64,000 bases of DNA from Candidatus Multivoradales bacterium (lineage in GTDB: Bacteria; Acidobacteriota; Thermoanaerobaculia; Multivoradales; JAHEKO01). Positions within the stretch are counted from its first letter, which is position 1; each line of letters begins with the position of its first letter. The notes under the pieces are model-generated. The model was given only the letters and a program-made list of their open reading frames with translations, was not told where the DNA came from and searched no databases. This document shows positions 58,895 through 64,000 of the stretch, in pieces. Made by a program: the position numbers and the translations under genes. The DNA lies in contig CBDCVR010000013.1 of the NCBI GenBank assembly GCA_965223155.1, positions 1,024,001-1,088,000 on the forward strand. Direction: 5' to 3'.

Positions 58895-60269
58895 GGCGTC
58901 CCCTCAGGCGGCCCTTCTTCATGAAGCCCTCGTAGTTGCGCATGACGAGCTGGCTTTCGAGCTGCTGCACGAAGTCCATTGCCACGCCCACCACGATCAG
59001 GAGCGAAGTGCCGCCGAAGTAGAAGTTGATTCCCAGACCCTGGGTAAACCAGTCGGGCACCACGTCGTCCAAGGTCTCGCCCACAAAGGGCAGCCCGCCG
59101 ACCTTGAACCCGCTCAACAGAAACTCGGGCAGAACCGACACCGCGGCCAGGTAGATGGCTCCGACCAGGGTGAGCCGAGTCAAAATGCGGTCCAGATACT
59201 CGGACGTCCGCCGCCCCGAGCGAATGCCGGGAATGAAACCGCCGTACTTGCGCATGTTCTCGGCGGTGTCGGCGGGATTGAAGATGATCGAGACGTAGAA
59301 ATAACAGAAGAAGACGATCGCCGCCACGTAAAGCAAGTAGTGCAAGGGCTCGCCCCAGGCCAGGGCGTTCGCAATCTTCTGCAGCCACTGGTTCTGGAAC
59401 ATGCTGGCAACGGTAGTCGGAATCATGACCACCGAGCTGGCAAAGATCACCGGAATGACGCCACCGGTGTTGACCCTGAGCGGCAGGTAGGTGTTCTGCC
59501 CACCATAGACCCGCCGGCCTACGACTCGCTTGGCGTACTGGACCGGAATCCGCCTCTGCGCCCGTTCCATGTAGACGATAAATGCGATCACCGCAACCAT
59601 GAAGACGCAGAGGAAGAGGACCCGGAACAGCGTCAGGCCGCCGCTCTGGATGCTCTGGAGCGTGTTGGCCACCGCGCTCGGAAGCGCGACGATGATGCCG
59701 GCGAAGATGATGAGCGAGATGCCATTGCCGACGCCCCGCTCAGTGATCTGCTCGCCCAGCCACATGACGAAAGCGCAGCCGGTGGTCAGGGTCAGGATGG
59801 TCATCAGCCGGAAGCCCCAGCCCGGGTTGGGAACCAAGGCCGCGCCTCCGGGAGTCGTGACCCGTTCCACCCAGATCGCGATCGCGGTCGATTGCACGAT
59901 CGAGATCAGCATCGTGCCGTAGCGCGTGTACTGCGTGATCTTGCGGCGGCCCAGCTCGCCTTCCTTGGAGAGCTTTTCCAGGTAGGGCCAGACCACGGTC
60001 AGCAGCTGGAGCACGATCGACGCCGTGATGTACGGCATGATGCCCAGCGAGAAGACCGCGACCCGCTCCAAGCTGCCGCCGGTAAACGTATTCACCAGGC
60101 CCAAGAGCGTGCCCTGCGCCGCCTGCATGAACTCCAACAGAGCCTGGGGATCGATCCCCGGCGTCGGGATGTTGCAGCCGATGCGGTACACCGCAAGCAG
60201 CGCGAACGTGAAGATCAGCCGCTTGCGGAGGTCCGGAATCGCGAAAATGTTGCGAAACGACTCGATCAC
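58887..60269 (-). CDS. secY: Preprotein translocase subunit SecY
   Basis: [38 protein letters not shown]. Confidence 0.97.
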   Translation of the reverse strand: MIESFRNIFAIPDLRKRLIFTFALLAVYRIGCNIPTPGIDPQALLEFMQAAQGTLLGLVNTFTGGSLERVAVFSLGIMPYITASIVLQLLTVVWPYLEKLSKEGELGRRKITQYTRYGTMLISIVQSTAIAIWVERVTTPGGAALVPNPGWGFRLMTILTLTTGCAFVMWLGEQITERGVGNGISLIIFAGIIVALPSAVANTLQSIQSGGLTLFRVLFLCVFMVAVIAFIVYMERAQRRIPVQYAKRVVGRRVYGGQNTYLPLRVNTGGVIPVIFASSVVMIPTTVASMFQNQWLQKIANALAWGEPLHYLLYVAAIVFFCYFYVSIIFNPADTAENMRKYGGFIPGIRSGRRTSEYLDRILTRLTLVGAIYLAAVSVLPEFLLSGFKVGGLPFVGETLDDVVPDWFTQGLGINFYFGGTSLLIVVGVAMDFVQQLESQLVMRNYEGFMKKGRLRGRRG

Positions 60270-60703
60270 CGGGCGAGCACCTCACAGCTGCCGCCCGCGG
60301 CTTCGATCTTCTCGCGGGCGGTCTTGCTGAACTTGTGGGCCTTGACGGCCAGCGCTTGATCGATGGCACCGCTGCCCAGGATCTTGACCGGCTGTCCCTT
60401 GCGAACCAGTCCCTTGGCCAGCAGGGTCTCGGGCGTGACGTCGCCTTCGAAGCCTTCCAACCGGCTCAGGTTGACCACCGAGTACTCACGCCGGAAGATA
60501 TTGGTGAAACCGCGCTTCGGCACCCGCCGGACGAGCGGCATCTGGCCGCCTTCGAAACCACGCCGGCGGCTGAAGCCGGAACGCGACCGCTGACCCTTAT
60601 GACCACGGCCGGCGGTCTTGCCGGTACCGGAGCCCGGGCCGCGACCGATGCGCTTGCGCGCGCGGCGGCTGCCCTTGGCCGGAGAGAGTTCGTGCAACTT
60701 CAT
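60266..60703 (-). CDS. rplO: 50S ribosomal protein L15
   Basis: [20 protein letters not shown]. Confidence 0.97.
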   Translation of the reverse strand: MKLHELSPAKGSRRARKRIGRGPGSGTGKTAGRGHKGQRSRSGFSRRRGFEGGQMPLVRRVPKRGFTNIFRREYSVVNLSRLEGFEGDVTPETLLAKGLVRKGQPVKILGSGAIDQALAVKAHKFSKTAREKIEAAGGSCEVLAR

Positions 60704-60707
60704 CGTC

Positions 60708-60899
60708 CTAGTCCTCGACTATTTCCACCAGATGGGAGATCTTGGTCACCATGCCCCGGACCGCCGGGGTGTCTTCGCGCTCGACGGTGTGCCGGATACG
60801 GCGCAGCCCCAAGCTGCGCAGCACCTCGTGCTGACCCGGAGGCCGGCCGATCGCACTCCGCGTCTGCCGCACCTTGATCGTCTTTGCCTTTTTCGCCAT
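60708..60899 (-). CDS. rpmD: 50S ribosomal protein L30
   Basis: [15 protein letters not shown]; conserved synteny. Confidence 0.95.
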   Translation of the reverse strand: MAKKAKTIKVRQTRSAIGRPPGQHEVLRSLGLRRIRHTVEREDTPAVRGMVTKISHLVEIVED

Positions 60900-60924
60900 C
60901 TCGTTGTCCTCGCCGTCTCCGCCG

Positions 60925-61419
60925 CTAGACCGCGGGCTCCTCGATGCCGCGCTCGCGGAACACGAGGTCCCGGCTACGCAGCTGGAGCAGCGCCTCCATG
61001 GTCGCCTTGACCACGTTCTGCGGGTTCTTGGAGCCGATCGATTTGGTCAGAATGTCCTGGATTCCCGCACCCTCGACGACCGCGCGCACGGCACCGCCGG
61101 CGATGACGCCGGTGCCCTCGGACGCCGGCTTGAGCAGCACTCGGCTCGAGCCGAAGATACCCAGCGACTCATGCGGAATCGACGTACCCTCCATGGGCAC
61201 TGTCATCAGATTCTTCTTTGCGATCTCGACACCTTTCCGGATGGCGCTCGGGACCTCTTTGGCCTTGCCCGAGCCGTAGCCCACGCGCCCAGCACCATCC
61301 CCGATCACAACAAGCGCGGAGAAGGAAAAATTCTTGCCGCCCTTCACAACCTTGGTCACCCGGTTGATGTGGATGACCTGTTCGAAGAACTCGCTATCTC
61401 TGTCGTAGTCTCTCGCCAA
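60925..61419 (-). CDS. rpsE: 30S ribosomal protein S5
   Basis: [19 protein letters not shown]. Confidence 0.97.
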   Translation of the reverse strand: MARDYDRDSEFFEQVIHINRVTKVVKGGKNFSFSALVVIGDGAGRVGYGSGKAKEVPSAIRKGVEIAKKNLMTVPMEGTSIPHESLGIFGSSRVLLKPASEGTGVIAGGAVRAVVEGAGIQDILTKSIGSKNPQNVVKATMEALLQLRSRDLVFRERGIEEPAV

Positions 61420-61448
61420 CGTACTCTCCTCGTCGCCGTCTAGCTCGG

Positions 61449-61817
61449 CTAGAACTCCAGTCCTTTGGCCCGCGCCCCTTCGGCGACCTGCTTGACCCTG
61501 CCATGAAACACATACCCGCCTCGGTCGAAGACCACTTGCGCCACGCCTTTTTCTTGGGCGCGCTCGGCAAGCGTCTCGCCGACCAGGCGCGCCGCCTCTT
61601 TGCTCTTCGAGCTCGACGCTGCCTTGCGGATCTTCTTCTCGGCCGAGCTGGCCTGGACGATGGTCTCGCCCTTGGCGTCGTCGATGAGCTGCGCGTAGGT
61701 GAAGCGCAGACTCTTGAATACCGCCAAGCGCGGCCGCGCCTCGGTGCCGGCCAGATGCTTGCGGACTCGACGGTGCGCACGCTCCCGCCGCTGTCGTTTT
61801 CTCTGTGCTCTGTCCAC
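61449..61817 (-). CDS. rplR: 50S ribosomal protein L18
   Basis: [21 protein letters not shown]; GTG start with SD GGAGG. Confidence 0.95.
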   Translation of the reverse strand: MDRAQRKRQRRERAHRRVRKHLAGTEARPRLAVFKSLRFTYAQLIDDAKGETIVQASSAEKKIRKAASSSKSKEAARLVGETLAERAQEKGVAQVVFDRGGYVFHGRVKQVAEGARAKGLEF

Positions 61818-61836
61818 GTCTCTTCCTCCGCGGGTC

Positions 61837-62382
61837 CTAACTAGCGGCCACTCCGGCCTTGCCCACCTTGCGCCGGATGACTTCCTCGGCGTACTTGATG
61901 CCCTTGCCCTTGTAGGGCTCGGGCTTGCGCAAGGAGCGGATCTCGGCCGCAACCTGGCCGACCTGCTGCTTCGATGCGCCGCTGATCGCAATGCCGTTGT
62001 TCTTGTCCACCTCGATGGCGATGCCCTCGGGAATCGCGTACACGACCGGATGCGAGTAGCCCAGCGCCAGATGCAGCTCCTTGCCTTTGACCTCGACGCG
62101 GTAGCCGACGCCGTTGACTTCGAGCTTGCGGGTGAAGCCCTCGGTCACGCCGGCAACGGCGTTAGCCAAGAGCGCCCGGGTCAGCCCATGAAACGCACGA
62201 TCGCGTCCGGCATTGCTGGAACGGGTGACCTTGACCTCGCCTTCTTCGATCGTCACTGAGATCGAAGCCGGCACCTTCTCGGACACCTTGCCCTTGGGGC
62301 CTTCGGCCGAGAAGCGGCCGTTCTCGAACGACACCTTGACCCCTTGCGGGATCGGGATGGGATTCTTGCCTACTCTGGACAT
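61837..62382 (-). CDS. rplF: 50S ribosomal protein L6
   Basis: MSRVGKNPI, PEPYKGKGI. Confidence 0.97.
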   Translation of the reverse strand: MSRVGKNPIPIPQGVKVSFENGRFSAEGPKGKVSEKVPASISVTIEEGEVKVTRSSNAGRDRAFHGLTRALLANAVAGVTEGFTRKLEVNGVGYRVEVKGKELHLALGYSHPVVYAIPEGIAIEVDKNNGIAISGASKQQVGQVAAEIRSLRKPEPYKGKGIKYAEEVIRRKVGKAGVAAS

Positions 62383-62403
62383 TGCACTACTCCTGGCAGG
62401 GAC

Positions 62404-62805
62404 CTACCAGACCTCGCAGAGAATCTCGCCGCCGACCCGCTGCTGGCGAGCTTCGGCGTCGGTCAGAAGTCCCAGCGAAGTCGAAACGATGCCGATTCCG
62501 AGGCCGTTGAGCACCGGTTTGAGATCGTTGGCACCGCGGTACACCCGCCGTCCCGGCTTGCTCACTCGGCGCATGGTCCGGATCGCCGGCTCGCCGTCGC
62601 TGCCGTATTTCAGAAAAACCCGGATCGCGCGCGTGGTGGGCTCGTCGCCGTACTCTTCGTAGTCGGAAATGTAGCCCTGCTCCTTAAGGATCCGGCACAC
62701 CTCGACCTTGAGGTTCGAGCCCGGCACCTCCAAGCGGTCGTGCTTGACGGTGTGGGCGTTCCGAATCCGGGTCAACAGGTCGGAAACTGGGTCGGTCATG
62801 GTCAT
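62404..62805 (-). CDS. rpsH: 30S ribosomal protein S8
   Basis: DPVSDLLTRIRN, SKPGRRVY, GGEILC. Confidence 0.97.
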   Translation of the reverse strand: MTMTDPVSDLLTRIRNAHTVKHDRLEVPGSNLKVEVCRILKEQGYISDYEEYGDEPTTRAIRVFLKYGSDGEPAIRTMRRVSKPGRRVYRGANDLKPVLNGLGIGIVSTSLGLLTDAEARQQRVGGEILCEVW

Positions 62806-62817
62806 GGGTCGGCTCTC

Positions 62818-63003
62818 CTACCAGCTCGCCTTGGTGACACCGGGCAGGTAGCCCTGCAGAGCCAGATTCCGGAAACAAATCCGGCACAGGCCGAACTTGC
62901 GCATGAACCCACGCGGGCGACCGCACCGCCGGCAGCGATTCCGCGTCCGAACCGAGAACTTCGGCTTCTTCTTCATCTGAGCCATCTTGGCTGTCGTGGC
63001 CAC
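62818..63003 (-). CDS. rpsN: 30S ribosomal protein S14 (zinc-binding type Z)
   Basis: [22 protein letters not shown]. Confidence 0.96.
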   Translation of the reverse strand: MATTAKMAQMKKKPKFSVRTRNRCRRCGRPRGFMRKFGLCRICFRNLALQGYLPGVTKASW

Positions 63004-63015
63004 GCTAGGTCTCCT

Positions 63016-63606
63016 TTAGCTCGCTTCCCTGCGTCGGAACGGCATCCCCAGCTCCTTGAGGAGCTGATACGCCTGCTCGTCATGCTCGGCGCTGGTCACG
63101 ATGGTGACGTTGACGCCCTTGGTCTTGTCGATCTTGTTGTAGTCGATATCGGGGAAGATCAGATGATCCTTGATCCCGAGGGTGTAGTTGCCGCGACCGT
63201 CGAAGGCCCGATCGGACACTCCGCGGAAGTCCCGGACGCGCGGCAGCGCGGTCGAGATCAGGCGGTCCAGGAAATCCCACATGCGCCGTCCGCGCAGGGT
63301 CACCCGGCAACCGATCGGCATGCCCTCGCGCACCTTGAACGCGGCGATGGACTTGCGCGCGCGAGTGATGGTCGCGCGCTGGCCGGCGATCGTACTGAGC
63401 TCGTCGGCCGCGTCGTCCAGAAGCTTGACGTTCTGAGTCGCCTCGCCGAGCCCGACGTTGAGCACGATTTTCTCGATGCGCGGCACCGCCATCACGTTCT
63501 CGATCGAGAACTGCTTCTGCAGGCTGGGCAGCACCTCCTCCTGGTACTGCTTGCGCAGCCTGGGAGTGTAGTCGCCGTTCTGATTGGTCTTTTTCTTCGC
63601 TGTCAT
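63016..63606 (-). CDS. rplE: 50S ribosomal protein L5
   Basis: [25 protein letters not shown]. Confidence 0.97.
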   Translation of the reverse strand: MTAKKKTNQNGDYTPRLRKQYQEEVLPSLQKQFSIENVMAVPRIEKIVLNVGLGEATQNVKLLDDAADELSTIAGQRATITRARKSIAAFKVREGMPIGCRVTLRGRRMWDFLDRLISTALPRVRDFRGVSDRAFDGRGNYTLGIKDHLIFPDIDYNKIDKTKGVNVTIVTSAEHDEQAYQLLKELGMPFRRREAS

Positions 63607-63619
63607 TGCCGTCTTCTCG

Positions 63620-63940
63620 CTAGAACGTCGCCTCGCAGCGGCGGCACACGCGGGCACCGGTGCCGTCCTCGAGGCGCTTGCGTCCGACGCGGGTCGGCTT
63701 GCCGCACTCGGGACAAACCACCTTGAGATTGGAGAGCCGGATCGGCGCCTCCCGCTCCAGGATGCCGCCCTGGACCTGCTTGCTCGGATTGGCCCGAGTG
63801 TGCTTCTTCATCATGTTGATGCGCTCGACGATGGCGGTGCCGTCGCCCGGAAGAACGCGCAGGACCTTGCCCTTCGCGCCCCGGTCCTTGCCGGCAATGA
63901 CGACCACCTCGTCGTTCTTCTTGATTCGTATCTTGTGCAT
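63620..63940 (-). CDS. rplX: 50S ribosomal protein L24
   Basis: [19 protein letters not shown] motif. Confidence 0.96.
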   Translation of the reverse strand: MHKIRIKKNDEVVVIAGKDRGAKGKVLRVLPGDGTAIVERINMMKKHTRANPSKQVQGGILEREAPIRLSNLKVVCPECGKPTRVGRKRLEDGTGARVCRRCEATF

Positions 63941-63959
63941 GCCTTGCGTCCTCGTTGCC

Positions 63960-64000
63960 CTAGATGACCTCGGGCGCCAGAGACACGATCTTCATGAACC
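63960..64000 (-). CDS. rplN: 50S ribosomal protein L14, 3' end (partial)
   Basis: Reads FMKIVSLAPEVI*, directly upstream of rplX. Confidence 0.93.
   Translation of the reverse strand, partial: FMKIVSLAPEVI

Noticed and set aside
54311-64000. Rearrangement or insertion in the spc/alpha operon
   Set aside because: The gene order, including secY-adk-map-infA-rpmJ, is the ordinary conserved arrangement.

Overview
A GC-rich bacterial chromosomal window. The gene content (VWFA-related protein, TonB-receptor C-terminus, DUF5916 protein, bactofilin plus methyltransferase) suggests Acidobacteriota, possibly Thermoanaerobaculia; this is an inference. About 54 kb of metabolic and housekeeping genes come first: a heme A synthase-like gene, an IS5-family element, oligopeptidase B, a BtpA-PfkB-PsuG cluster, PPK2, a MacAB-like exporter, AmrAB, tRNA-Pro(CGG), FadD/FadJ, a long GreA, an ECF sigma/anti-sigma pair, PilT, LexA, M16 peptidases and an EF-G paralog. 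The spc/alpha ribosomal protein operon (rplN to rplQ, minus strand) fills the rest. The most notable unexplained signal is a ~135-160 nt non-coding structured element present six times: a four-unit tandem array of ~202 bp period at 53.47-54.25 kb, and two diverged back-to-back copies at 238-623. The copies share a fixed scaffold with compensatory base changes and two variable loops of near-constant length. Also notable are a pervasive TAnnnT-N6-start (leaderless) promoter architecture, a candidate new LexA box, a CTG start codon and a structured leader upstream of the EF-G paralog. All functional calls come from motif recognition; no database search was run.
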